This document shows positions 9,571-18,783 of a stretch of 64,000 bases of DNA, piece after piece. The number at the start of each line of letters is the position of its first letter. Within the stretch, counting starts at the first letter, position 1. The notes beneath the pieces were generated by a model, which was given only the letters and a program-made list of their open reading frames with translations, was not told the origin of the DNA and ran no database searches. The translations under genes were made by a program, and so were the position numbers. Origin of the DNA: a virus; the IMG/VR virus record IMGVR_UViG_3300040801_005898. The stretch is one strand, 5' to 3'.

Positions 9571-9689
9571 GTTTTTCTCATTAATTAAACTGCATTGTCT
9601 CCAGAACACTAATCGATTAGGGGTTGACACTCATGGGTATATGAGTCTAATATAGAATTATCAGAGAAAAGCAGAGGACAAAACAATGA
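9558..9689 (+). repeat. 132-bp direct repeat, copy 2
   Basis: Matches 8791-8922 at offset 767 with about 5 mismatches. Confidence 0.95.
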
Positions 9690-9940
9690 ATATGGACAAC
9701 CTAGACTTAACAGCAACTTTAGAAAATTTAAAAGAGAACATCAGAACCTACGAATCAGATACATTCTCAGCCACCGCCGAGAACCTCACCGAAGAAGAGG
9801 CAGATAAAATACTAGCCTTTCTATTAAACCAATTAACAAAAAACAAATACGACGGGATAGATATGCAAATAGCACTAGAACAAAGCCGAACTAAATGCCC
9901 CACTACCAGCGAATCCTTTCCCCCAGAGACGGAACAGTAA
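9686..9940 (+). CDS. hypothetical protein, probably C-terminally scrambled
   Basis: ATG from repeat copy 2; the last ~18 codons are the antisense of the PAPS-reductase fragment. Confidence 0.55.
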   Translation: MNMDNLDLTATLENLKENIRTYESDTFSATAENLTEEEADKILAFLLNQLTKNKYDGIDMQIALEQSRTKCPTTSESFPPETEQ

Positions 9941-10047
9941 ACTTGGCGATCGCTTTTATCGAGCCATTCCTCAATAAGAGCGATCGCCTTTTTCTCTTTA
10001 GCGTTTATCCACGGCGATAAGAAACCGCTGCCAAAATTAATCGCCAT
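9886..10047 (-). pseudogene. N-terminal fragment of a PAPS-reductase (CysH-like) family gene
   Basis: MAINFGSGFLSPW...VYCSVSGGKDSLVVGHLVR contains the PP-loop SGGKDS; protein-like sequence ends after about 54 aa. Confidence 0.75.
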
Positions 10048-10118
10048 ATTTTTTCACCGTATGGATGGGCATGGCACACATCCTTTTAAAATCTGGATGC
10101 CAGGATCTAAAAAGTGGT

Positions 10119-10160
10119 ATTTGAGAGTTTGGGATAAAAAATAATCCCAAACTCTCAAAT
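10119..10160. repeat. perfect 17-bp inverted repeat with 8-nt loop
   Basis: ATTTGAGAGTTTGGGAT / ATCCCAAACTCTCAAAT. Confidence 0.9.
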
Positions 10161-10284
10161 GATGAAGCAACCAAAAATGTTAAAAGTTTAATAAATATAT
10201 GTCAAGTTGCTTCATCGTCTAATAAAGAGTCAGTTATTAATGCAGCAATAAAAAGAAGGCTGTAGTAAATAACTGTGATAAAAT

Positions 10285-10611
10285 ATGAAAAACAAATTAG
10301 AACCATTAACCATGAACAAAAAACAAATTGTCGGAAAAACAATTAAATGGACTTCCGGGGGAAAACAAAAAACCGGAACCGTTATGGGAATAATTCTCCC
10401 AAATCACGATGTGTTGATAGATTTCCCGTTTTTAAATGATGTACCTACAGCAAGAATCACAAGGCTCGGCTCTTTGACTAGCATCAATAATAGGTTGCTA
10501 GTCAAAGTAACTACGCCCACAGGACTAGCAGCCTATTATGGCCCGCTAGTCCCAGTAGAAAATGTCAAGCAAAATATCTGGCTACCAAAAAATGCTGAAG
10601 TTATAAAGTAG
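10285..10611 (+). CDS. hypothetical protein (SH3/KOW-like beta pattern)
   Basis: IVGKTIKWTSGGKQKTGTVMGI pattern. Confidence 0.65.
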   Translation: MKNKLEPLTMNKKQIVGKTIKWTSGGKQKTGTVMGIILPNHDVLIDFPFLNDVPTARITRLGSLTSINNRLLVKVTTPTGLAAYYGPLVPVENVKQNIWLPKNAEVIK

Positions 10612-10686
10612 CCTAAAATCAAAAATGGCGGGGCAAATAGTTAAGAGGCCCCGCCATGTCCCTGTATGTTGGAAGGAGACAATAAC

Positions 10687-10887
10687 ATGATAGCTGAAAA
10701 AATTGTGGAAATGTCAATGTCTCCACATGAATTTTTGATAAAACACCAACTCAGTCAAGAAAAGATGGCTGAGTTAATAGGGGTAAATACCCGGACAGTC
10801 CAAAGATGGCTGTCTGGTGAAAGAAACCCCAGCACGATAACCTTGAAGATGTTGGCAATGACCGACAGGTTACTGGAACTAGAATAA
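10687..10887 (+). CDS. XRE/Cro-family HTH regulator
   Basis: LSQEKMAELIGVNTRTVQRWLSGERNP; GGAG RBS upstream. Confidence 0.9.
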   Translation: MIAEKIVEMSMSPHEFLIKHQLSQEKMAELIGVNTRTVQRWLSGERNPSTITLKMLAMTDRLLELE

Positions 10888-10908
10888 CCTTTATCATAAA
10901 CCTTTTTT

Positions 10909-10938
10909 AAAACCACGGTCTTAGGCCGTGGTTTTTTT
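10909..10938 (+). terminator. intrinsic terminator
   Basis: AAAACCACGG/CCGTGGTTTT stem plus T-tract. Confidence 0.85.
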
Positions 10939-10965
10939 ATTTTTGCCAAACTATTCTTAATACAT

Positions 10966-11003
10966 AGCGTTACTTAAGTTGTTTGAACGACTTAAGTAAC
11001 GCT
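10966..11003. promoter_or_regulatory. 14-bp inverted repeat upstream of the transfer-like operon; candidate operator or cis site
   Basis: AGCGTTACTTAAGT / ACTTAAGTAACGCT; the AGTAACG motif recurs at ~11009 and ~11134. Confidence 0.6.
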
Positions 11004-11108
11004 TTAGAAAGTAACGTTAATTCGGGTGAATCAAGTTTCGACAAATGAAGCGATCGCTCTCAAACATCCCATCTTTGGTTTGTTTCGAGTCAGAAAAACT
11101 GATTTTGC

Positions 11109-11558
11109 TTGCTTGGTAAACCGAAACGAGTAGTAACGTTAACAACCATGACACAAGTAGTAGAAGTTATCACTAATCGCGGCCACAGCATTCGGGCAAC
11201 TCATTTAAAAAAGATAGGCCCGGTGGCTATGCAAAAAGTGGACTTGTGGAGAAAGTTTCGACAGATAAAATCCAATTTTTCCCGGCCCACCTTAAATAGA
11301 TGGTGCGATCGTTTTTTGAAACACGATCCTATCTACAATGCTGCCTACTTCTTAATGGCATCAAATGAAAAATTCTCAAGGCTTGATGGACAAGGGGTGA
11401 AATTGCACCCTTATCAAGTCCAAAGCCTAACAGGACTTTTCTTTTGGAGCCTAAAAACTGAACGAGTTGGGGAGAAAGAATTTTTGCTTTTTCTCCAGCA
11501 AAACCCAGTGGATTATCGAATTTACCCAGACTTGTCTCAGTTAATGGAGGAAAGATGA
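11109..11558 (+). CDS. hypothetical, possible DNA-binding protein
   Basis: ORF overlapping the next gene by ATGA. Confidence 0.6.
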   Translation: MLGKPKRVVTLTTMTQVVEVITNRGHSIRATHLKKIGPVAMQKVDLWRKFRQIKSNFSRPTLNRWCDRFLKHDPIYNAAYFLMASNEKFSRLDGQGVKLHPYQVQSLTGLFFWSLKTERVGEKEFLLFLQQNPVDYRIYPDLSQLMEER

Positions 11559-12139
11559 ACGCTCAAGATTTAGCAGATGAATTAAACTTGCCGGCAGCAA
11601 CAATTACTGCCGCAGTAAAAAGTGCAAATGCGGACCCTAGCAATTTCGACAAAAAAATAGGCGATCGCGTCCGTTCGATGGTTGCGCAAACAGCAGCACA
11701 GCAGAACAAAGACGTGCCCAAGAAAATAGCTGCCGGCACTCAGACTAAAAAGGAGAAAAAGGAGGAGGACTCGTCAGGCGACAAAACAGAAATAGAGAAT
11801 TATCAGGATGCTGTATTTGCAATCCGAGAACGCCAGACACAGCAAAAGTTGGATCGAGTGCGTGAGCGAGGCTCTTTTGTTGGCTCTCTACTGGCAGTTG
11901 AGGAGTTTAAAGCGGAATTGGAAGGCTATGCCGTAACTCGCACCGAGTTAGCTCAATTGTTGACAACCCGAGACAATGAGTTTGTCAATCAATTACTGGG
12001 GGACTCACTAAAGCCTTCCCAACTTCTTCCTGCTGTTTACCACGAAAGTCATCAGGATCAGGATTCAAAACCTGCAAATCTGTTGGAAGCATGGGAACAA
12101 AAAGCCGGGCTGAACGGGCTGAATTGGAATTACGAATAG
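11555..12139 (+). CDS. N-terminal HTH plus coiled-coil protein
   Basis: MNAQDLADELNLPAATITAAVKS (MerR/IF2N-like HTH pattern) followed by a coiled coil. Confidence 0.7.
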   Translation: MNAQDLADELNLPAATITAAVKSANADPSNFDKKIGDRVRSMVAQTAAQQNKDVPKKIAAGTQTKKEKKEEDSSGDKTEIENYQDAVFAIRERQTQQKLDRVRERGSFVGSLLAVEEFKAELEGYAVTRTELAQLLTTRDNEFVNQLLGDSLKPSQLLPAVYHESHQDQDSKPANLLEAWEQKAGLNGLNWNYE

Positions 12140-12270
12140 AAATAGAAAAGTTAAAAGTTGTTGCTGCTGAGAAACAAAAACCTTGGTGGCAAAAACTGAC
12201 AAGACAAATTAAAGACTTCAGGGGGCATGACTCCTCTGAAGCAATGACCGAAATTATGCGAGGACTATGA
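12091..12270 (+). CDS. small protein (59 aa, not in ORF track)
   Basis: Manual translation MGTKSRAERAELELRIEIEKLKVVAAEKQKPWWQKLTRQIKDF...GL*. Confidence 0.45.
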   Translation: MGTKSRAERAELELRIEIEKLKVVAAEKQKPWWQKLTRQIKDFRGHDSSEAMTEIMRGL

Positions 12271-12327
12271 TATGCAAAGATTTTTGCGATCGCGCATTTG
12301 GAGTTGTGAATATCTGATGAGGCTAGC

Positions 12328-12972
12328 ATGATTACAGACCAAAATCCAATCAAAGCACCACCGTGGCTGATGACTTCAGTCTGGCTTGGCTCTGGAATGC
12401 TGTTTTTATTTTTAGCAGTTGGAGTATTGGGAAATTTATTTGCCCCCAGAGGGGCGGTTACTCAGTTGCCAGAAACTTTAACTAACACTCCGGCAACCGT
12501 AGAACCAACATCTCCGGTGGAAAAACAAACCAGGGAGATTACTCTGGAAGTATTGCGGACTCAATGCCAATACAACCTTAAAGGAGAAATTGCAGAAGTT
12601 AATGAGGTACTCGTTACGATGCGAGGAATCCGGTGGTTGATTTACGCACAAAAAGAAGCACCACCACTGGGGCTGACAACTTACGAGTTTCTGATGGAAA
12701 ATTATGTGGCGACTGTAGAAAAAATATATGACATTAGTAATTACGGAAGTTTCAACCCATTACCAAAGCAGTCTCGGGAACTCCGAGATTTGTTAGGAAC
12801 AGTGGAAGACATAACCTGGGCATTAACTTCTGGGACTAATTTCAGACATCCCAACGTTTCGTTGGTGGAACTAAACACCCAACTACAAGACTGTCAAGCT
12901 GCGGCAAGAACGCATAATAGCGTTTTGCAAGACGATATGGGCAGAGCAGGATTTGGAGGTCAACTGCCATGA
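12328..12972 (+). CDS. single-pass membrane protein with helical C-domain
   Basis: Hydrophobic stretch VWLGSGMLFLFLAVGVLGNLF near the N-terminus. Confidence 0.75.
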   Translation: MITDQNPIKAPPWLMTSVWLGSGMLFLFLAVGVLGNLFAPRGAVTQLPETLTNTPATVEPTSPVEKQTREITLEVLRTQCQYNLKGEIAEVNEVLVTMRGIRWLIYAQKEAPPLGLTTYEFLMENYVATVEKIYDISNYGSFNPLPKQSRELRDLLGTVEDITWALTSGTNFRHPNVSLVELNTQLQDCQAAARTHNSVLQDDMGRAGFGGQLP

Positions 12973-14201
12973 ACAAAGTTGAGGGAGCGATCGCTCTTGC
13001 CGCTTCTATCACGGGAGTAATTTCTCTGAGCAACCTGCAAGCTCCAAGACAATGCCAAGTTATATGGCAAGGAGAAACTCCCGCTATATATTCCCCACCT
13101 CCTGATAAAACTGCTGGTATTGTAGCGGCAATCGGATTTGTGGCTTTGGGCGTTATGGGAGCGCGATCGCTCAAGAACCCAGAAACAACTCTCCCTTCTG
13201 CAACAAATATTCAATCGCAGAGATTAGGCCCCTCCAATCTACCCGCAATAACACAAGACTCAAATCAAGAAAATGTAGAAAACATTCAACCCCAAAACAA
13301 AAATTCAAGTATAGAATTTGAGTCAGAAAAACATCAGGAATTATGGAGAAAGCTAACATCTCCTGGTTACGAATGGTTGCTACAATTGTTGTTAACTAAA
13401 CCGTTGTTAGTTTGGGGCGAACAATGCAGCGGTAAAACTCAATTTTCTAGTTTTTTAGCAATGCTAAGAATGTTGTTTTTCAAGCATAAAGTTAGCGTTG
13501 CCGATCCGCACTCTCACCAAAACGAATGGCCTAGCAGTTTTGAGGTTTACGGAGCATCTTATAATTACGGCCAAGTAAACAATAGATTGACTGCTTATTA
13601 CCAGAGGTTAAAAAATGGGAATATGCCTCATACCTCCATTTGGGATGAGGTAACTAATTACCAAGAGTGTTGCGACGAAAAACTAGCGGGGCGCTTTCTC
13701 AAATCAATTTTAAGCGATGTTCGCAAACCGCCGGAATTTCCAATCTTGTTAAGCCATTCTAATACTTTAAGTTCTTTAGGTGGCGGGAAAGGTGGGGTTA
13801 AAACAATGCAAGTTCGCGGTCTAGTAGAGGTAAACTTACGAGCAAAAAGAGACGAATTGGGAAACTTAAAACCTGCTTTGAAAGGCTCTATAACTGGACT
13901 CCAATTAGACGAAAAAGGCGATGCTATAACTCAACAAATTGAGTTAGAACCGTGGATGCAGTATTCTTGGTTGGAAAGAGAGTTTGGGGAGATTTCCAAA
14001 ATGCCCGAATTGAATGTAGAAAAACAGCAACTTGAAACAGCATGGAACCAACAGGAGAAACAGCGAGTTAAACAACTTGCTAAAGAAGGATTTACTCAGA
14101 CTGAAATAATTAAAGAAGTTTGGGGCGTTTCTCCTGGTGAAAGTTCTCGATATCAAGATGCTGTTGAGAAATTCAAAACTTACAATATTGAGGAGGATTA
14201 A
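12969..14201 (+). CDS. membrane-anchored P-loop ATPase (FtsK/HerA/VirD4-like) with C-terminal wHTH-like region
   Basis: Two N-terminal hydrophobic segments, Walker A GEQCSGKT, Walker B IWDE, C-terminal GFTQTEIIKEVWGV. Confidence 0.8.
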   Translation: MNKVEGAIALAASITGVISLSNLQAPRQCQVIWQGETPAIYSPPPDKTAGIVAAIGFVALGVMGARSLKNPETTLPSATNIQSQRLGPSNLPAITQDSNQENVENIQPQNKNSSIEFESEKHQELWRKLTSPGYEWLLQLLLTKPLLVWGEQCSGKTQFSSFLAMLRMLFFKHKVSVADPHSHQNEWPSSFEVYGASYNYGQVNNRLTAYYQRLKNGNMPHTSIWDEVTNYQECCDEKLAGRFLKSILSDVRKPPEFPILLSHSNTLSSLGGGKGGVKTMQVRGLVEVNLRAKRDELGNLKPALKGSITGLQLDEKGDAITQQIELEPWMQYSWLEREFGEISKMPELNVEKQQLETAWNQQEKQRVKQLAKEGFTQTEIIKEVWGVSPGESSRYQDAVEKFKTYNIEED

Positions 14202-14204
14202 CTC

Positions 14205-14456
14205 GTGGGAGAAATTTGGCGTTTTTTGTGGGGTAAACTGTCGTCAGGAGACCCTATTTCAATAGCTGTTGCTGCCATGCTCATCATTCTAACGGGCAGC
14301 TCGGTAGTTGCCTTTGCGCATGGCATGGATGGTCGATGTCGGGTTAATAAATTTGACATTAATGACGCGGCAGATTACGGATGCAGCACTGGGTTGTTTT
14401 TAAGAGGTTTCTTTGAAAACATTCCCACATTTGATTCGGTTAAAAACCAACCTTAA
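14205..14456 (+). CDS. small membrane protein
   Basis: TM segment ISIAVAAMLIILTGSSVVAFA. Confidence 0.6.
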   Translation: MGEIWRFLWGKLSSGDPISIAVAAMLIILTGSSVVAFAHGMDGRCRVNKFDINDAADYGCSTGLFLRGFFENIPTFDSVKNQP

Positions 14457-14469
14457 AAAAAGAGGAAAA

Positions 14470-14658
14470 ATGACAAATAAAGAAGATTTTCAAACACCAT
14501 TAAGTAAGTTGGAAGAAGCATCTATCAAAATTTTGATAGGCATGATGCAATATGAAAACTTCGGGACTCTCCGAGACTACTATGCTTCGCAGTCTGTTTT
14601 AGCGGCAAAAAGGCTACTTAAAGAATGCGATCGCGTATCTCAACAACAAGATGAATAA
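14470..14658 (+). CDS. small hypothetical protein
   Basis: ATG with GAGG RBS. Confidence 0.55.
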   Translation: MTNKEDFQTPLSKLEEASIKILIGMMQYENFGTLRDYYASQSVLAAKRLLKECDRVSQQQDE

Positions 14659-14663
14659 AGCTG

Positions 14664-15203
14664 ATGAATAAAGCTTTTGAAATGTTCGTAAATTTCTGTG
14701 TTGTCATAGTTTTACTTTTTCTGATAACAGGCATTAGTGCAGGAGCATTAGAAAATAAGCCTTTTGCTCCGGGCCCCGCCCTTGCTTTTATTCTGAGATT
14801 AACTGGCAGGATAGAACTGGCAACCGATTTGGCAGCAGGTCGCAAAGAACCAAGCGATCGCCCCTTTACCGGATTAATCCAAGACCGCGCTGCCGATATT
14901 CAGAAAGAAACTGACAATTTTGTGGAAAAGTTGCCAAAGACTGAAGATGGCAAAGTTGAAACTCGCGCTTTAAATTGTCCCCAAGGTGCTTATGCTGCAA
15001 ACGTTCCCCAGGTATCGGCAGACAAAATAGGTTTAGCACAAGGACAATCTCTAAGGTTTCTGTGGGATGTTCAAAAAATCTGGGGAAATCCTCACTGCGT
15101 GGCAAGGAAAGAATGGCGGTATTTTTTTGATAACGGAAAGGTGGCGATCGCTACTGAGTCGGGAGGTAAGGTAAATGTCAAAATTGTCGGAATTAACTTC
15201 TAA
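14664..15203 (+). CDS. secreted or membrane-anchored protein
   Basis: N-terminal signal or TM segment FVNFCVVIVLLFLITGISAGA. Confidence 0.7.
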   Translation: MNKAFEMFVNFCVVIVLLFLITGISAGALENKPFAPGPALAFILRLTGRIELATDLAAGRKEPSDRPFTGLIQDRAADIQKETDNFVEKLPKTEDGKVETRALNCPQGAYAANVPQVSADKIGLAQGQSLRFLWDVQKIWGNPHCVARKEWRYFFDNGKVAIATESGGKVNVKIVGINF

Positions 15204-15900
15204 AACTGCTTTGCTAGTTCTGGAACGCATCGAGCAAAAACTGGATGAGGTAAAAGAACGAGAAGAGCAAAAAGAAATGCGGCAAACGATAACTTTATTC
15301 TATTGGGGCATATTTATTTGCTGCCTTTGGATTGCTGTTGTGGGGCCAGCTTTTTACGGAGTTAAAAATGCTGTTGCCAATTTTCCCAACGGGGTCAATA
15401 TTGAATGGAATTTATTTCCCAGAATCAATTGGCAAGGCATCGACTTACCTCCTTTTACTTCCAGCAAGAAAACCGAGATGCCCAAGCCCGGCAATTTTTC
15501 TAATCCAGTTCCTAATGCCAAAAGAATTAGCTCTCGTTTTGGCTACCGAAGTCATCCGGTGTTGGGAGGCCGCCGATTTCATAATGGAATAGATTTAGCA
15601 GCCCCTACCGGAACTCCAATATTGGCATCTTTGCCGGGAAAGGTTGTTGCTGCGGGTTGGTTATCAAATGCTTGTGGGAACGGGTTAAAAATTGAACATC
15701 CTAATAAATTTACTACTTCCTACTGCCACCTTGATAAAATTAATGTCAAAAAAGGAGTTTCTGTTAATATCAGTTCCACCCTTGGAACGGTAGGAAGCAC
15801 TGGCAGAAGTACGGGGCCGCATCTACATTTTACGGTTCGTAAGGATGGTAAACTTGTTAATCCTGAAACCTATTTTCGATTTGATTTAAAAGGGCAATAG
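15175..15900 (+). CDS. M23-family peptidoglycan endopeptidase with N-terminal TM anchor
   Basis: HNGIDLAAP (HxxxD), YCHL and STGPHLHF (HxH). Confidence 0.92.
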   Translation: MSKLSELTSKTALLVLERIEQKLDEVKEREEQKEMRQTITLFYWGIFICCLWIAVVGPAFYGVKNAVANFPNGVNIEWNLFPRINWQGIDLPPFTSSKKTEMPKPGNFSNPVPNAKRISSRFGYRSHPVLGGRRFHNGIDLAAPTGTPILASLPGKVVAAGWLSNACGNGLKIEHPNKFTTSYCHLDKINVKKGVSVNISSTLGTVGSTGRSTGPHLHFTVRKDGKLVNPETYFRFDLKGQ

Positions 15901-15901
15901 T

Positions 15902-16093
15902 ATGGCAGAAAACTGGATAGAAATCAATAAGGCGATCGCTAAATACGGAAGACAAATTATCAACGGCTGTACTGTCAAACATGATAGAGGTATAATTTAC
16001 ATTGACATCGATAGCGATCGAGGCAGCCTAGAAAACAATGTTTTTCACCAAGCGGAATCAAAACTTAACTCACAGGAGAAACGACATGATTAA
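15902..16093 (+). CDS. small hypothetical protein
   Basis: Tightly packed ORF in the operon. Confidence 0.55.
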   Translation: MAENWIEINKAIAKYGRQIINGCTVKHDRGIIYIDIDSDRGSLENNVFHQAESKLNSQEKRHD

Positions 16094-16232
16094 CATTCCT
16101 AGAGCCTCATGGCGAGAACTGACCCGGCTAATTATTAAAATGTCAGTTATTCCAGAGAAACAAAACCAACTAATCCAAGAATGCTTGGACTTATTGGAGG
16201 CAATAGAACGCGATAATATGCACCAAGATTAA
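16086..16232 (+). CDS. small hypothetical protein
   Basis: ATG with AGGAG RBS; overlaps the previous stop. Confidence 0.5.
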   Translation: MINIPRASWRELTRLIIKMSVIPEKQNQLIQECLDLLEAIERDNMHQD

Positions 16233-16233
16233 T

Positions 16234-16845
16234 ATGGAACGTATTAAGCAAGTTGCACTTTTATGCTGTTCTGTGGGAGTCATTATTGGCTCCCAGTCTT
16301 TCCAAGATTATTGGAAGACAGCGATCGCTCCCCATCTACCAGAAATCCCTATCAAGGTAATGGGCACGACAGAACAAGCATCTAACGCTGCTGCTGGTGA
16401 TTTTGACAAGGCATATCAAATTATCCGTAAGGTTGAGGGGGGTTATTCCAAACACCCAGACGACACCGGAGGAGAGACGTACAAAGGAATCACTATAGCT
16501 GTTGCAAAAAAATGGGGATATGACAGACCGCAAGATTTGAGCGATACCAAAATCAAACAAATTTACCTTAAAGATTACTGGGAAAAGTCAGGAGCTAACA
16601 ACCACCCTTGGCCGCTAAATTTAGCGATTTTCAATAGTTATGTTAATAGCGGGCGTAAATGGAAAATCCCTGCTACCGGCACTCCCCAAGAAAAAGCGCT
16701 TGCATACCTTCAGCAGCAAACAGATTTTTACGATCGCATCATTACTAACGATCCTAGTCAAAGGGTTTTTAGTCGCGGATGGAAAAACCGCAGCAAAATT
16801 ATCAAAGAAGCAATTAGAGGAACTAAAACACAGAGGTATTTATGA
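16234..16845 (+). CDS. glycosyl hydrolase family 108 lysozyme with N-terminal signal or anchor
   Basis: EGGYSKHPDDTGGETYKGIT, YLKDYWE, F.RGWKNR. Confidence 0.9.
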   Translation: MERIKQVALLCCSVGVIIGSQSFQDYWKTAIAPHLPEIPIKVMGTTEQASNAAAGDFDKAYQIIRKVEGGYSKHPDDTGGETYKGITIAVAKKWGYDRPQDLSDTKIKQIYLKDYWEKSGANNHPWPLNLAIFNSYVNSGRKWKIPATGTPQEKALAYLQQQTDFYDRIITNDPSQRVFSRGWKNRSKIIKEAIRGTKTQRYL

Positions 16846-17024
16846 ACCCAATTCAACTTTTTACTGCCGCGATCGCTGTTGTTACATTTATTAGCACCTT
16901 GCTGATAAACCCGGTTTTTGGCAAAGAGGAAAAACCCATTGTTCCTGGCAAAGGCAGGGAGGGAACAAGCAACGAATATTCGTTGCAACAAACAAGCAAT
17001 CAGCCTCAAAAACAGCTATACTGA
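16842..17024 (+). CDS. small secreted or membrane peptide
   Basis: Signal-like N-terminus; ATGA overlap with the lysozyme gene. Confidence 0.55.
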   Translation: MNPIQLFTAAIAVVTFISTLLINPVFGKEEKPIVPGKGREGTSNEYSLQQTSNQPQKQLY

Positions 17025-17091
17025 AAGGGCGAAACTCCTCCAAAGAGTCGCGGGATATCCGCAAAGCAACATTATTAGGAGACAAGACATT

Positions 17092-17310
17092 ATGAAATTA
17101 CCATTTCAAATTGGCGATCGCGTGATAGATAAAATAATAAAAGATCGCTCAAGCTATGGCACTGTTGTCAGCGTCAAAGATAAAATCGAAGTTCTGTGGG
17201 ATACTGGCGGACAATCAAGTTATCCCGCAAAAGAACTGCAACTCGTCCCGACAGCGGATAATGCAAACTGGAAACACTGCAACAGTCTAAAAGAGTTTCC
17301 CCGTATTTAA
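17092..17310 (+). CDS. small SH3/KOW-like protein
   Basis: FQIGDRV...GTVVSV...IEVLWDTG; AGGAG RBS upstream. Confidence 0.65.
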   Translation: MKLPFQIGDRVIDKIIKDRSSYGTVVSVKDKIEVLWDTGGQSSYPAKELQLVPTADNANWKHCNSLKEFPRI

Positions 17311-17364
17311 GCTTAATCAAGCTTTGGTACAGATATCATATTAATTGAAATCCTCCACTTTTAT

Positions 17365-17395
17365 ATCCTCGGTCTTTCGCCGGGGATTTTTTTTG
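17365..17395 (+). terminator. intrinsic terminator
   Basis: ATCCTCGG/CCGGGGAT stem plus T-tract. Confidence 0.75.
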
Positions 17396-17469
17396 TTAAA
17401 ATATCTAATAGAGAGCAATCAAAATAACAGGAGTTTTTATGCTAAAATCTGAATACAAAGCAACCATTA

Positions 17470-17853
17470 GTGTATTTAATCATAAAAATTATTTTAACAG
17501 GAAAAATAGTCCCCAAGGCACGCCCTCGCTTTGGCAAGGGGAAATCCTACCTCCCTAAAAACTACCGCAACTGGAAAAATGGGTCTGTTTGTTACATGAT
17601 GGTATCCTTGCCCCCAGATTTTCAAACGTTTGAAAAGGCGATCGTTTCCATCAGATTCAAGGGGAACCATAACAGAAATGCAGACCTTGATAATCTCAGC
17701 GGGGCAATCTTGGATGCGCTAGTAGATGCGGGAATTTTGATAGACGATCGCCTCTCTGTAGTTCAAGAATTGCACGTTTATTTTGAGGATTCAAAAATAC
17801 CCCCAACCACAGAAATTAGTCTAAGGGAAGTTTTTACACCGGACAAAAAATAA
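17470..17853 (+). CDS. rusA: RusA-family Holliday junction resolvase
   Basis: PKARPRF...YRNWK...DLDNLSGAILDAL..G...DD. Confidence 0.88.
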   Translation: MYLIIKIILTGKIVPKARPRFGKGKSYLPKNYRNWKNGSVCYMMVSLPPDFQTFEKAIVSIRFKGNHNRNADLDNLSGAILDALVDAGILIDDRLSVVQELHVYFEDSKIPPTTEISLREVFTPDKK

Positions 17854-17885
17854 GCGCTTTTTGTGATAAAATGGTAGTCAAGCAC

Positions 17886-18766
17886 GTGCGATTCGTTGGG
17901 CCAAAGAAGCCATTAAGCAACATGGCCCGTCCCTAATAATAATGAGTGCCCCATAAGGAGAGCCTGTATTGTTACCGGGATAACTCATATTTTCATGTAG
18001 GTTAAATTCCTATCCCCTTGGTTAAGGGGTGACTCCGATGGTCAGGTTGTCAAGGAGTAGCGTTCTTGCCTCTCGGTGCATGGCCATAATGTAGGATAAA
18101 GCCCAAGGATTAGGGCCGAAGCCGCTAGGGAAGTCTAATATGGATAAGCACATGAATCTTATAAACTGTCGTTACTCCAGTCCGGGGTAATTATCCTTGT
18201 ATGCGGTGTAAAAACCCGCCCCGAAGCCAAAATGGTACGGTTCGTTTGCCCTTGGTCATTGTGTTTTGGTCCAAGTTTAACTGGTAGAACCCGGCAGAAT
18301 TAAGAGTCCTAAGTTAGACATGAAATGAAATATGGGAACGAAGTAACCCCTCTTGTCCTCCTGAAACATGGTAGGGAAAGCTTAACCACATGGACATTAG
18401 GAATAAGGATGCCCCAAAAAGCAAATGCCAATAGGAAAGCTATTTGGATAAGCTGACGTGGGACAGGTAACTAGGAGAGCAATTACGTTAATAAACTGAA
18501 TAATGCCCAAAACGTACTCAGGAAACTGACTAGCGTGGGATGCTATGTAATGCGTACAGTGTGCAAAAGACTGACATCTGTAATTGTCCAGATGGAGAGG
18601 CGAACACAATACGTCGAACGGTTGGCAGCCATCAAGGCGGTTACATAATGAAAAGTTGAAAGCAGAAAGCCATAATCACCTAGTCCAGGAGCCGTATGAG
18701 TTGGAAACTCTCATGTACGGTTTTGAAGTAGAGGCGAGGGGTTGAAATGCCCCCGTCGACTATAAC
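17886..18766 (+). mobile_element. ORF-less group II intron (IIB-like), 881 nt
   Basis: 5' GTGCG; domain V GAGCCGTATGAG..GAAA..CTCATGTACGGTTT at ~18688-18723; domain VI ending TATAAC; EBS1 GTGTTT (18261) complementary to IBS1 AAGCAC; no RT ORF. Confidence 0.88.
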
Positions 18767-18783
18767 TATCCCCAAAACAAAAA

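Noticed and set aside
8791-9689. 132-bp direct repeats as attL/attR or IS ends
   Set aside because: They are promoter/RBS cassettes; no integrase, transposase or tRNA 3' end is associated.
18397-18609. 70-aa minus-strand ORF inside the intron as an IEP remnant
   Set aside because: Antisense to the intron and has no RT, maturase or HNH motifs.
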